A DNA stretch of 63,912 nucleotides, counting the filler, from Octopus bimaculoides (lineage: Eukaryota), in the NCBI RefSeq assembly GCF_001194135.2. It is 6 parts of 6 records of this genome, joined end to end, with 100 filler letters (N's around TTAATTAATTAA, not from the genome) between each part and the next. Parts side by side here need not be neighbours in the genome. Positions count along the whole stretch, not along the records: positions 33,379 to 59,585 come from NC_068983.1; 5 more parts are not named here. The stretch is one strand, 5' to 3'. A model generated the notes under the pieces. The model was not told where the DNA came from, did not search any database, and worked only from the letters and a program-made list of their open reading frames with translations. Both the position numbers and the translations under genes were made by a program. Each line of letters starts with the position of its first letter. The first letter of the stretch is position 1. This document shows, one piece after another, positions 38,851 through 51,789 of this stretch.

Positions 38851-39068
38851 GGATGGCAGTGAGCTGGCAGAATCTTTAGCATGTTGGACAAAATGCTTAG
38901 TGGCATCTTATCTGCCTTTACATTCTGAGTTCAAATTCCAATGTGGTCAACTTTGCCTTTCATCCTTTCAAGTTTGTTAAAATAAGTACCAGGTCATCAC
39001 TGGGGTCAACGTAATCAACTTACACCCTCCCCGAAATTTCTGGCCTTGTACCAAAATCTGAAATCAAT
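38851..39068 (+). mobile_element. SINE family B, full length
   Basis: GGCAGTGAGCTGGCAGAATC...CCTTGTACCAAAATCTGAAATCAAT. Confidence 0.9.
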
Positions 39069-39384
39069 TTTCTTCTTCAGGTACCTGTCAAAAGCACTTA
39101 CCTCTTCACAGTTCATTTCACTAGGATATAAATAGATACCATATAGAGATACAGTTCATTGTCGTACATAGTGAAGTTTACTTGATGGGTTTTATTGTTG
39201 GCCAGTACTGCTAGATACAAATGAACTCATATCAAAACAATTCTTCAAAAACAGATACTGTCTCCCCTTAATTCATTCTACCTATCTATGAGGATCCTGA
39301 ATGTTATGGAGAACATCCTTACATTCTTTATCCTAAAACATGATAAAATAGCATACAGTACTTAATCGTACTATTCATGTATCG

Positions 39385-39602
39385 TTTCTCTTTTAATTGC
39401 TTCAGTCATTTGGCTGTGGCCATGCTGGGGTACTGCCTTGAAGAGTTTTAGTTGAACAAACTGACTTCAGGACTTATTTCTTAAGCCTAGTACTTATACT
39501 ATCAGTCACTTTTGCTGAACTAAGTTATGGGGACGTAAACATACCAACACCAGTTGTCAAGTGGTGGTGGTGGTGGAGGACAAACACTGACATAAAGACA
39601 CA
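39385..39602 (-). mobile_element. SINE family C 3' half
   Basis: CTTCAGTCATTTGGCTGTGGCCATGCTGG...GGGGACGTAAAC...GTTGTCAAG. Confidence 0.85.
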
Positions 39603-39649
39603 CTAATAAAAAATATATGTATGTGTACGTATGTGTGTGTGTGTGTAAA

Positions 39650-39716
<67 letters not shown>

Positions 39717-39734
39717 AAGAATGTACACACATAC

Positions 39735-40838
39735 AGAGCTTCAGGAATGTCAAAATCCTCTGCAATGGGTGTGAAACATAATCGTTATAACTGGTTGAAG
39801 TCCTTCATTCTCAGTCAAAAAGAAGTAGTTACAGTTCAGCATCTGGTTTACCATAGGGATCCATTCTTGGACCCCCTGTTGTTTGTTGCATATATTAATT
39901 ATATAGATGCCAGCTTGAATGTTAGAGTGTTGAAATACGCAGACGACATCAAGCTGTACCTTGAGGTAGAAAGAACAGACCCTATGCACTATAGATCTTT
40001 CCTGCAATCAGACCTGGACACGATGGAGCAATGGAATAGTGACTGGCAACTCAAGCTGGCTGTGGACAAGTGCACCACCATGCATTCTGTGAGGAAAACC
40101 TAGCTTTTACATACTCCCTCTACAACACCAATCTTCAGAAATCTGCAAGTGAATGTGACCTGGGCATTATTGTCAACAGCAATTTGTGTTGGACAAGCCA
40201 CAACTCTCAAATTGTCAAAAAGGTTGAGAGTGTCTTAGCAACACTGAGTAATACCTTTGTCAGCCGCTCTCCAGCAATCTATTTAAAATTGTATATGACT
40301 ATGGTATGTTCACACTTAGAGTTTGATTCACCAGTCTGGAATCCCTATTTTGCTCAGCATATCAATCTCCTGGAAACTGTTCAGAAATGTGCGACCAGAC
40401 AAATACCCACTATCAGGCATCTACCATACTCTGAGGTATGGCAGTTACTTGGTAAACAACCACAAGAATTATCCATTATCTTTCCAACAAAAACCTTGGT
40501 CACTTTTTTGAATTCTGTGTCTAACACTCGTGGACATGGTTAAAAATTAAAAAACAACACAACACCCATCATTTTTGGAAACATTTTTTCATGCTCAGAA
40601 TTACTGAAGCATGGAGAAAAAACATCTGCATCAGTAGTTGGCTGTTGGGACACTGCACCCTTCAAAACTTCCATCATTCCTGAAATCCAACAACAGTACA
40701 CCTGATGTCCCTACCTTTTTTTCTCTAACTTATTCATTGTCCACTTCCTGTGCATTATTCTATGTACTGTTTATGCAACTTTTTCTGATGAGTTGTAGTG
40801 GAACTGAGCACTGTATAAAATAAGTTCATTATTATTAT
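39735..40838 (+). pseudogene. CR1-type LINE, 5'-truncated RT C-terminus plus 3' UTR, (ATT)n tail
   Basis: PLLFVAYIN...LKYADDIKLY...LQSDLDTMEQWNSDWQLKLAVDKC; DLGIIVNSNL; YMTMVCSHLEFDSPVWNPY...LLETVQKCATR. Confidence 0.88.
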
Positions 40839-40924
40839 AATGAATTACACTCATAGGTCATAGGTTTATCTGTACTGTTAGTGTTTCATTAAGTAGTTAG
40901 GAAGAACATTTTGGCTGCAAGCAT

Positions 40925-41524
40925 AGGTGTCACTGCCTGTAATGTGAACACCCTAACAGATGAGGTAACTTGTAGAAGAGGTAGACCCAGGAAGATCTGG
41001 GATGAGGTGGTGAAGCATGACCTTTGAACATTGGGCCTCACAGAGGCAATGACAAGTGACTGAGACCTTTGGAGATATGCTGTGATTGAGAAGACCCGGC
41101 AAGCCAAGTGAGATTGTAGCTGTGGCTGATGCCAGTGTCACATAACCAGTCCATTTAAAAGTACCCTTTAATTGTCGGGCAATATGCTGTGCTTGAGAAG
41201 ACCTGCTGAGTCAAGTGAAATCGTTGTTGTGGCCAATGCTAGTGCTGCCTGACTGGCACCCATGCTGATGGCATGTAAAAAGAACTTTTCGAGCATGGCT
41301 GATGCCAGTGCCGGTGGCATGTAAAAAGCACTGTTTGAGCATTGTCGATGCCAGTGCCGGTGGCAGGTAAAAAGAACCCACTACACTCAGAGTGGCTGGC
41401 ATTAGGAAGGACATCCAGCTGTAGAAACCTTGTCAGAACAGACTGCAACCTGATGTAGCTACCCTGGCTTGCCAGTTCTCAGTCAAACTGTCCAACCCAT
41501 GCCAGCATGGAAAGCGGACGTTAA

Positions 41525-41559
<35 letters not shown>
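40925..41559 (+). pseudogene. RTE-type LINE 3' end: ORF C-terminus plus 3' UTR with internal repeats, (GAT)n tail
   Basis: 40971-41111 reads CRRGRPRKIWDEVVKHDL*TLGLTEAMTSD*DLWRYAVIEKTRQAK*; both internal stops are TGA (CGA decay). Confidence 0.85.
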
Positions 41560-41574
41560 AGGGGCCTGGTGGGC

Positions 41575-41760
41575 TGCTATCAGTCTGTGCTAGTTACCAT
41601 TGAGATGTCAAGTGTTCTAGGACCCTGTACTATCGATTTCCTCCGCAAAATAGGGATACCAGCAGCCTGTCAGAGAAATGAGCCCTGCAAGATGAAGTGG
41701 CTGCTGGTCATTCTCCACAGCAAAGCTATCATGGTCATTACCACAGGGTGCAGCTGAGTA
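41575..41760 (+). pseudogene. C-terminus of a probable CRE-type RLE non-LTR retrotransposon
   Basis: YQSVLVTIEMSSVLGPCTIDFLRKIG...EPCKMKWLL resembles the PVAIETSGVxGP..FL..IG...EPRE..WL motif (from memory). Confidence 0.55.
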
Positions 41761-43307
41761 CCTCATTTCTTCTGGGGGTATGTAGCCCATCACCCCTTCC
41801 TTTTCCAACTTCTGCTGCTTTACTCACCCACTGTTTTTCTTTCTTTTCCTTTTTTTTAATCTCTCTTTTTTCTTGCTTGTTAGTGTTTGGTAATCTTAAA
41901 TGAAGCAAAGAGAGATGATAAATCCTTAGATTGGATCACTGCCCACCTGGGCCAGGACCAGTAACTATGTTTCAAACCCATTCTACTCACAAAATGGAAC
42001 ACTTTATCATTCCATTATTCCTCCATCCTTATTTTCATCCTTTAAATATTTTACTTTACATTACCTTAGTTCACTTAGCTGTCCGAAGTAATCAATACCA
42101 GTTTAATCTGGTTCAGTCTCAGAACCACTAGCCACCAACCAGTTCATCTAGCAGTCAGTAATAGGAGGTACAAGCTCAATCTGCTTGACTGCGAGACCAG
42201 TTCACTAATTAATTTACTTAAATGTCAGGAATAAGTACCAGACTATAAACTATACTTCTACAAGCCATCTTGGTCTACTTTGCCATTGGATGTTGCCCCT
42301 GAGTCTGAAAAGTTACTGCAGATAATGGCTAGTGCAACACTATATTTCACTTTAAATGTATCACACAGAAGGTGTCTACCACCAGCTGAATATCTTCCTC
42401 AACTAAAGGGGCTCTCACAATGTCTAATTTACTTTTCTCAGTTACATTTCTAAATATGCCATGAGTAAATTTTGGGAAAATAAAGCATTTATTTCACATT
42501 GCAACCCTGCTAAAGTATTAAGGTTTCACTTGAAAGTTAGTTGCACATCAGTTTCGGTAATTAATTTTATAAATGTTAATGTGGTTATACAACAGCACAT
42601 GTATTTGTTGTATAGCATTCGATGTAGTTGATTATATAACCACTATTGTAGTTAGCTGTGCTATAAAACAGTTGTTGAAATTAGCAATATAGACTACATT
42701 TGCTCATCAGTGTTAGAAATGTTTCAGCTATGATCAGTTGCTGAACCTCTCCACAAAGCGCAAGTACAATCCCTGCTGGAAGTACAAGTAACACGCCTAG
42801 TGTGGTGGTGCTGCTAGAAAAGCAAACATCCAGGACCATATTAAAGAAGGCCATTCAACTCATTTGTTCAAAGACTTACTAGCACCAATGAACTACAACA
42901 ACTAGTTCACGGATGTGCTGTTTTTACTTTCTTCCTCTTCTGCTAATTTCTACTACAACAACTCCTCTGAAGCAACTAGCTGTATACCTTCCACATCTAG
43001 GCCCACTTAATGCACCTGTATGTCCTCATTCCACCACTCTAACATGTCTCACTTTCTAGGATTTCCTCTTTGTCAATATTTTTCTTGCAGACATCAACAT
43101 GTTGCTGTCTCAAATGAATATCTATCAACCACTTCATAATCACAAACCAAAGATCATGGGCACTGTCCCTTCCTCTCAAACTTATAAGAATATAAATAGT
43201 TATAGCTTCTTCTAAAGGTTTAATTTATTAATTCATTTCAGTGAAAATTTATCTCTGTCACTTTGTCTTATTTCTCCTTTAATCTATATGTCTGTCTGTC
43301 TGTCTCA

Positions 43308-43348
<41 letters not shown>

Positions 43349-44436
43349 CCACAAGCAGTCTATTTTCCTCTCCCTCACTCTGTCATTATTTTGTCTCTGA
43401 ATATGTGAGCAGGCGAAGTGAGAAAAGAGTGAACAAAAAAAAGTAAGATAGAGAGGAAAACATGCTTACATGTAAGTACAAACACACACACACACACACA
43501 CACACAAATACATAAACATGTACACCAGTGATACATTGACTTTTGGGAAAGAAATGTTTCAAAACAAAACCAATATACAAGCAATATACAAATGAAAACT
43601 TCCTTGTATATGAAGAACCAATCAGAATGCAAGTAGTTAGTTTTCTCTGCTCCCTACTNNNNNNNNNNNNNNNNNNNNNNNNNNNNNNNNNNNNNNNNNN
43701 NNNNNNNNNNNNNNNNNNNNNNNNNNNNNNNNNNNNNNNNNNNNNNNNNNNNNNNNNNNNNNNNNNNNNNNNNNNNNNNNNNNNNNNNNNNNNNNNNNNN
43801 NNNNNNNNNNNNNNNNNNNNNNNNNNNNNNNNNNNNNNNNNNNNNNNNNNNNNNNNNNNNNNNNNNNNNNNNNNNNNNNNNNNNNNNNNNNNNNNNNNNN
43901 NNNNNNNNNNNNNNNNNNNNNNNNNNNNNNNNNNNNNNNNNNNNNNNNNNNNNNNNNNNNNNNNNNNNNNNNNNNNNNNNNNNNNNNNACCCACACACTC
44001 ATGCAGTTATACATACACAAACACGAACTTAAAACAAGTGGTTCACGAGTTTTTACTATAAACATCATAAGAATCATGTTAGTTGACAACAATTACGCAA
44101 ATATCTCAAAGTTTATAATTTCAATGTCTCAATCACAACTATTCACAATATATTTCTGATAACTGGACCTCACCAAGCCCTCTACTAAATGTTGAGTCAT
44201 CAGTGACCCAAGCCATTGTCTTCCTTGATAACACACACACACACACACACACTCTAAACAATTTTATTTTTCTCAGCCAATAGATTTACAGTCTTTATAG
44301 ATTTACTTAGTAATTCATTAATCACTAATTACATAAATACGAATGCTGTGCTTCATTGAAGAAGTTAATATAAGACAAACTGGAGTTGTTTTTTTCTGTA
44401 CTTGCCAAAAGTTCTTTTCAGTATTTAATTCCAGTT

Positions 44437-44654
44437 GAAGGTGGCAGCTAGCAGAATTGTTAGCATGCCGGGCAAGATGCTTAGCAGTATTTTATCTGTC
44501 TTCACATTCTGAGTTCAAATGTTGCTGGGGGTGACTTTGCCTTTCAGCCTTTCAAGGTTGATGAAATAAATACCAGCTGAATACTGGGGTTGATGTTATC
44601 GACTTAGACCCTATCCTGAAGTTGCTGGCTTTATGCCAAAATTTGAAATCAATA
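44437..44654 (+). mobile_element. SINE family B, full length
   Basis: Head, B-box GAGTTCAAATG, tail CTTTATGCCAAAATTTGAAATCAAT. Confidence 0.9.
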
Positions 44655-44695
44655 TTTAATTCTAGTTGGCTTTTTCATGATCCATGCATTACATA

Positions 44696-45979
44696 TGAGG
44701 GTTGGTTGAAAAGTTCATAGGCTGACCAAGATACTCTTATGGAATGTGACCAAATGCAGTTTATTTTACAACATAATCTCCCTTGCAGTCCACACACTTC
44801 TTCCATTGATGTTGTAGTGCTTGGATCCCATTGGTGAAGAAGCTTTCAACTTGTAGGTCTAATAAGTCATTAACAGAAGATATGACGTCATCATTGTGAT
44901 ACTGATTCCCAGCCAAGTGTGTTTCCATGTTGTAGAACAGATGATAGCCAGATAGGGCACAATCAGGAGATTAGGGATGGTGATCAACCAGTTCAAAGCC
45001 ACAGTCATGCACAGTGGCCACTGAAACAAAGAATTTGTGTGCTGGGGCAGTGTCCTGATGAAACAAGACTCCTTTTATCAGTTTTCCTGAATATTTAGTC
45101 TTGACAGCCCATTGTAACTGCCTCAGCAAGTTGGCATAGTGACGGTACGGCCCTTTTGAAGATAGCCAATAAACACAATGCCTTTTGCATCCCAAAACAC
45201 TGAGGGCATTACCTTCCCTGCAGATGAAATGGCATTGGCCTTCTTTGGAATGAGTGAAGAGAAGTGTTTCCACTGCATGAATTGCCACTTTGCTTCTGGT
45301 TTAAAGCGGTGAAGCCAACACTCATCCTAAGTTAGAAAACATTAAAAAACCCCAGCTAGATCTGCCTCAGATTTTTCTGTGATGTGATCAGCCTGGTGCA
45401 CTTTGGATCAGGTGTCACAAGATGAGGCACCCACTGAGCAGAAATCATCATCATGCCAAGTTCATTGGGCAGAATATTCTCAAATATCTCACGGGATATG
45501 CTAATAACATTGGCTATTTGATTTATAGTTAATTACTTTATAGTTAATTGTCATTCATCACCATGTGGTGAATGTGGTCAATATTTTCCTCAGTGGTGGC
45601 AGTTGCAAGACGTGCAAATCTTGAGTCATCTTCAAGACTCTACCTTCCCCTTCTAAATTCAGATGCCCACTTTTGTATTGTTGATAAAATTGGAGCATCA
45701 TCCCCTAATGTACCAACCATGTCAGCATGAATGTCCTGGGGAAAGTGGCAGGGCTAAACCATTTTCAGCATGTACTTGATAACACTACAATGCCAAATTT
45801 TGTCCATTTTCAGGAGAAATCACTACTATTTACTTTTAAAGTCTTCTTTGAGGAGTGAGATGAGTGAGAAAGAAACAATGCAGTTATGAATAAGGAGAGT
45901 TGAAATTAATTCAGGCATGATTTCACAGCTCTAGCATCACTCCTCCATATCAATCAGTGAACTTTTCAGCCCACCCTCA
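44696..45979 (-). mobile_element. Full-length mariner (1284 bp), TA-flanked
   Basis: TA|TGAGGGTTGGTTGAAAAGTTCA ... TGAACTTTTCAGCCCACCCTCA|TA. Confidence 0.93.
44761..45807 (-). pseudogene. Mariner DD34D transposase pseudogene
   Basis: MDKIWHCSVIKY...; HQDTAPAH followed 34 residues later by HHP*SPDCALSG (YSPDLAPSD degraded); C-terminus WKKCVDCKGDYVVK*. Confidence 0.9.
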
Positions 45980-47276
45980 TATATATATAACATTATATTC
46001 TGAGTCATAGCAGTGTGGTTAAGGGGACATTCTAAAACCATTTCTCTACTCTTTTAAGATAAGGCATATGGCTTGCAGTTCTCTCAATTGATTTAGATTT
46101 AAATGTACATGCATGAAGCATATACCAACCCCATAACAGGCAACTTTTCTCTGAACATATATTGACTTTCACAAACTTGAGTTAAGTGTTATACTCAAGA
46201 ATTCTTAAGTTCTTTACTTCATTTTGGTACAGTAATTTGCCACATGAAAAATCTTCATAACCAATTGAAAGTGTATACATCTGTGTGAATATTTGCCTGT
46301 GTGTGAATGTATGTGGGTAGATGGCTGTAATAATTTTACATGTGTAGTACATTACAAAACTTCTACACTGTATTTAGATGAATATATATTTAGTTAAACA
46401 AACATGAGTAAATGAGGTGGTAAAAACAAATGAAGAAAAAAATGGATAGAAAAGAAGCATTAGGTAAAATGTCAAGTATAATAAATGAAATCAACTAGAG
46501 GTCAGATTAGTTGATCCTAATGGGGTCTAAGTCTCTCAGTTTGTCACAAAATATATCCATATATGGTTCATTGATACCCCCTAATGTTGCTGGCTGATGC
46601 AAAAGTACTTCATCAAACATTTTAATTGGAATTTATGCACAAAAATTTAATTCAATCAGTTATAAAAACCATTTTTTGAAACTGAGTATAGACACTAACA
46701 AAATTAATAACAAGAGAAATTTGAATATTTCTAATACAGGAACATTAACAAAAATTTCTGATAAGGAGTGTTGTTGATTAAATCAACTCTATTACATAAC
46801 TGATATTTATGAACCTCATTAGGATGAAGGCAAAATTGCTGTAGCAGAATTTAAACTCAGAATGTAAAGGGATGTATGTGAGTAGGTGGTTTGTCCATAC
46901 CCTATTGAGTTAAGAGAGATATGTGATAACATAAGCAGTTCATATTTGTTTTTTAGTTTTTACATTTATTCACTGTTAAGTAAAGAGGTGTTGCTACTGT
47001 CTCCAAGTTACAAGTACCAAGTTAATAATCTTCAAGCTATTTATCTTTTAAGGTTAGCAACCAGCCACTCAGTAACTTTCTTTAGTGCTGGTTCTACTAC
47101 CACTATGGCTATGACACACCTACTATGTCATCAACTTTACTGTTATCAACTTGACATTTTCTTAGGATGTAGGACATAAAATGGCATTTACTTACTAAAC
47201 TGATAAATAAATTGATAAACTATTTTGTATTTGTTCATGTTGTATAGAAATACTGAATATCAAAATATAATTTCAA

Positions 47277-47433
47277 CAGGCATGGCTGTGTGGTAAGAAG
47301 CTTGCTTCCCAACCACATAGTTCCAGGTTCAGTCCCACTACATGGCACCTTGGGCAAGTGTCGTCTACTATAGCCTTGAGCTGACCAAAGCCTTGTGGGT
47401 GCATTTGGTATATGGAATCTGAAAGAAGCCCAT

Positions 47434-47462
<29 letters not shown>
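47277..47462 (+). mobile_element. SINE family C 5' half
   Basis: GGCATGGCTGTGTGGTAAGAAGCTTGCTTCCCAACCAC...GAAAGAAGCCC followed by (TA)(TG)n. Confidence 0.9.
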
Positions 47463-47464
<2 letters not shown>

Positions 47465-47490
47465 TGAATGAAATACCCATGTTTCCAGAG

Positions 47491-47658
47491 GTGAATTATT
47501 AAAATCCCAAAGAATTGCTCTCAACACATGGCTATGATGCTCTCCCACTACTTCTGCTCATGATCAGAGATGCACATATTGTCAGCCACAAAAAGACATG
47601 CTCAACTGGTTATTGAGCAGAATATTTTCTGTAGTCCATCTTTTATACCAAGACAAAA
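47491..47658 (+). repeat. Interspersed repeat family E (class unknown); also 49225-49393 (-) and 60002-60082 (+)
   Basis: Shared CCCAAAGAATT..TCTCAACACATGGCTATGATG...TGATCAGAGATGCACATAT block in three places. Confidence 0.8.
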
Positions 47659-48166
47659 TTATGTACATGATAACACTTCCAGTTAGTTAAGATCAGGAGC
47701 CATGAGAGCCAGTGACTGACATTGCATATTATTATTGTTTATCATACAATTATTTAACACCTCAGTCCCCATTGCCACTGCTGTTGCTGTCATCAGTTCC
47801 ACCACCAATGTCATCATTACCATCACATTTACCACTACTACCACCATTGTTTTCCTCCTTCTCATCATCATCAACAACAGAAGCAGCGTCATAACCACCA
47901 GCAGAGAGTTACAGATTAAAGAATGAGACAGTGCAAGTATGTTCCTGAGATGGTGATTCATTGAAACGTTAAGAAATGTTGTGATGGAAGAAATGGATCA
48001 AATACTAAAAGAGTGAAGACACTGCTAGTGAAATATGAATGAAAAAGTTTAGAAGAAGAGAAAGGGAGAAACAGTTTTATCCAAGAGCAAGAAGTTAAGG
48101 ATTAGAGTACTTTCTAAAACATCTTGGAGAATTAAAATATGAAGTGTTTTAAAATATAATATGAAA

Positions 48167-48286
48167 TGTTCTCTGCTTTGTGATGTCATAACTGGCTATG
48201 TTCTCTGCTTTGTGATGTCCTAACTGGCTATGTTCTCTGCTTTGTGATGTCATAACTGGCTATGTTCTCTGCTACGTTCTCTGCTT
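48167..48286. repeat. 32-bp minisatellite, about 3.3 copies
   Basis: Unit TGTTCTCTGCTTTGTGATGTCATAACTGGCTA at 48167, 48199 (one substitution) and 48231, then partial copies. Confidence 0.97.
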
Positions 48287-48696
48287 GAGATCATCTGTAC
48301 ACTCCAGTGGTTAAAAAGAAAGAAGGGGTGGGATATGTCTTAATGCAAAGTTGTACAACAAACAGACTGAATTATACTGATCTATTGAAACTAACCAGAT
48401 GTTTGTGCATGAAGTGATTAAGGAAATACATAAACTTCAAGGATAATAAGTGTCGATATTGAAAGTTACAGGATAAGTTGATGGTACAATACTAATTAAA
48501 GTGACTAATGAGATTATTCTCTGAGCCGTGATTGATGTTATTCTCAATAACTGGTGTAGAATAATCAAGTACTTAAAAGTTAAAGGTATGAAATTAAAGT
48601 ACATATGTAGCTGGGTATAATAGGGAGGAGCATAGACATATTCAGACAAACCATGCATCAAGGTTATGTATGTGTGTATAATATACACATACACAT

Positions 48697-48919
48697 AAGG
48701 CAGTGAGCTGGCAGAACCGTTAGCAAACTGAGCAGAATGCTTAGTAGCATTTTGTCTGTCATCACATTCTGAGTTCAAATTCTGCTGAGGTCAATTTTGC
48801 CTTTCATCCTTTTTGGGTCGATAAAGTAACAGAAATACAAGTTGAATACTGGGGTCAATGTAATCAACTTATCCCCTCCTCTAAAATTGCTGGCCTTATG
48901 CCAAAATTTGAAACCAATA
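48697..48919 (+). mobile_element. SINE family B, full length
   Basis: GGCAGTGAGCTGGCAGAACCGTTAGC...CCTTATGCCAAAATTTGAAACCAAT. Confidence 0.9.
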
Positions 48920-49224
48920 TACCGAAATCCTGGTTATGTCCTTGTAAAGAGAAGAACTACTGAATCAAAATATGAAGACAACAGAGAGAAAGATTGTAAT
49001 TTAGAATGTATCAAAAACTATGATACCTTGGATATGTAATAAAAACAGACACTGAAACACACACAAATATATATCTAGAAATCTATCTAGAAATCAAAGA
49101 AAATGATTACTATTCCCTTCAGACTTTGCTTTTGTTTACCTGGACATCAATGTTTTAAAACTGACCTATTTCCCATTACATCTTAGACAGATCCAGTGCT
49201 GAGTTGCTGAAGTAGAAATATTGT

Positions 49225-49393
49225 TATAGCAAATATTCTGCTCAATATCACAGATTTGCTTGTCAGTTGCTTGACCTTAACCACTTGAGCATGTCCCTTA
49301 GTGGCAGACGATATGTGCATCTCTGATCATGAGCAGGAGTAGTGGGGGAGTATCATAACCATGTATTGAGAGGGCTTCTTTGGGGTTTGAATA
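49225..49393 (-). repeat. Interspersed repeat family E
   Basis: Reverse-complement match to 47491-47640. Confidence 0.8.
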
Positions 49394-49514
49394 GATGTAA
49401 CAAAAGCAAAGTTTGAAGGAAATATTAGTTATATTTCATACTTTCTAGGAGTAAGCAAATAGGAAGTAACAGTTGCTACCCAAGGACTAAAATTGTGTTA
49501 TGATGATGATGACA

Positions 49515-49545
<31 letters not shown>

Positions 49546-50317
49546 CAATGGTGATTATGATGATAATTATCAATATTTGAGAAAATATACACTTTTGAAG
49601 AACAGACAAAAATCTTCATATAGACATTGAAACATTAAAAGATCATGTTTTCTCCAATGTTATTCCAGTAGATCAAATTTCAATCAACCACAGTTCCCAT
49701 ATCCATCTGCCAAACTTTCTTAAGAAACCTAGGAATGCATGTAAATTAAAGGAAGCTGAAGAATACTCCCTCTCTCTTTCTCTCCTCCTCCTCCTCTGTG
49801 TTTCTATCTCTAACATTTTTGTTGATAATAATAGGTTTAGTCATCTTCGAAGATAATTGAGTAATCTGCCTTACTGGCAAATGTTCAGCAAAGAGATCAA
49901 TAAAATTAAATATTTCTGGAAGTAATGCTGTTATTATTTAGAAGGAAGTTTCATCAAATAACACATTTTACCTGTATTAATCAATGCACATATTTGTGTG
50001 TACACATCTCTATGTATGCATGTATGCATGTATGTATGTGTGTGTGTATGTGTGTGTGTGTTTGAATGAAGGTATATTTATGTAGTTGTGTATGTATGCA
50101 TGAATGTGTGTATTTGTATATGTGAATGTGTGTGTGTCTGTGTGTATGCATGAATGTACATGTGTAGGTATATATGACTCGGTTTATGAATGCTTTTATG
50201 GTTGTGTAAATGTGCGTGCATACATACATGTATGAACACAAGTGAGTGTTATCATATATAAACTAGCCTCAGAACCAAACTCCTCTTACTCTCTTATTTC
50301 AGTTCTTTTGTTTCCAG

Positions 50318-50354
50318 ATTCCGTTCTCAGAATATCTTCACATGATCGTTAACA
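50318..50354 (+). CDS. Candidate 37-nt coding exon (IPFSEYLHMIVN)
   Basis: Long pyrimidine tract ...TTTTGTTTCCAG acceptor, ACA|GTAAGG donor, only one open frame, two CpGs retained in a CpG-poor region. Confidence 0.3.
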
Positions 50355-51454
50355 GTAAGGAATGAATTAGTTCCCCATCACCTATCTCTACCTTTTCTCC
50401 TCCATCTCTCTCCATCTGCTTCTATTTCTTCTTTCCCCCATCTCTCCCCTTCACTTATCTCTACTTTTTATTCTCTTAATCTCTCATTCTCACTCTATCA
50501 AACTATCTGTCTGAAATTACTTCTACTTCTCTCAAGAATTTTGGGATGAAGGATTAATAATTTAACAGAATTATAGAGAAATACTTCAAAGAAGGTAATA
50601 CTTGTCATTCTACTTTTTTTTGAAACTTCACTCATCAGTTTTTTAATCGTAAGAAAAAAAGAATTAAACCTTGTCTGGATATATGCACAGAATATATGTG
50701 GGAGTGTGCTGTTGTCATTGCTGCTGCTGCTGCTGCTGCTGCTGTATGTGTATAAATATGATATTGACCACAGTACTTACTTTAGTACATAATCAGTTTC
50801 TATTTTGAAATATTTAAATGTTACTTTTCTAATGTAAAAAAAATCCTCAAAAACCCTAACTCGCTACTATGTTTTAGACTGGTATACACAAACACAGGCA
50901 TATATACTTATAAAGAGAGAAAGAGAGAGAGAGGGAGAAAGGGAGAGGGACACAGAGTAAAAGAAAGAGGAAATCTTGTAAATATATTTTAGTACATACA
51001 TGCAAGCATTTATATAAACACAGACACACAAATAATAGTGTCCCTCACCTCACCCCGCACCATGCACATTAACACATACATATGTAGTTTACTGTGACTT
51101 GAGTCAATAGCTTCAAATCAGTAGTTTCCTTATAATGATATAAAGAAATGATACTTTTTCATGGCAGGATATGAAATAAGATAGAAAGTGGTCACAAACC
51201 TCTTGTCACATCCTCAGTCATTATTATTTTACATTGTATAATTGAAACATAGGAATAAATTGAACAGAGGATATCATTTTGCATATTAGAAATTTAATAC
51301 ATATTTAGATTAATACTATTCTCTTTATTTAGGTGAAACATCTAGTAAAAATAGGATTGCACAAGAGCAAGGGACTTGCTGTAGGTAAAATATTACAAAT
51401 GCGACTGCATTTTAGGTTGTTATATTGGACAAAAGTATCAAGTAAGATATTTTA

Positions 51455-51789
51455 TCTTTTACTTGCTTCAGGGATACTACCTTGAAGAATTTTAATTAAA
51501 CAAACTGACCACAGTATTTATTTTTTAAAACCTGGTACTTATTCTATTGGTCTCTTCTGCTGAACCACTAGATTACGGGGATATAAACACACCAGCGCCA
51601 ATTGTCAAGTGTTGGTGGTGGGCAGATGCAAAGACACACACACAGAGGAGTAGGCTTCTTTCAGTTTCTGTCTACCAAATTCACTCACGAGGCTTTGGTC
51701 AGCCCAAGGCTATAGCAGAAGACATGCAGTGGGACCAAATCCAGAACCATGTGATTTGGAAGCAAACTTCTTATCACACAGCCATGCCT
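51455..51789 (-). mobile_element. SINE family C with deletions
   Basis: Tail CTTTTACTTGCTTCAG; head ...CTTCTTATCACACAGCCATGCC. Confidence 0.85.

Noticed and set aside
40780-40838. CR1 LINE as mobiliser of SINE-B because both end in (ATT)n
   Set aside because: No sequence similarity between their 3' ends beyond the simple repeat
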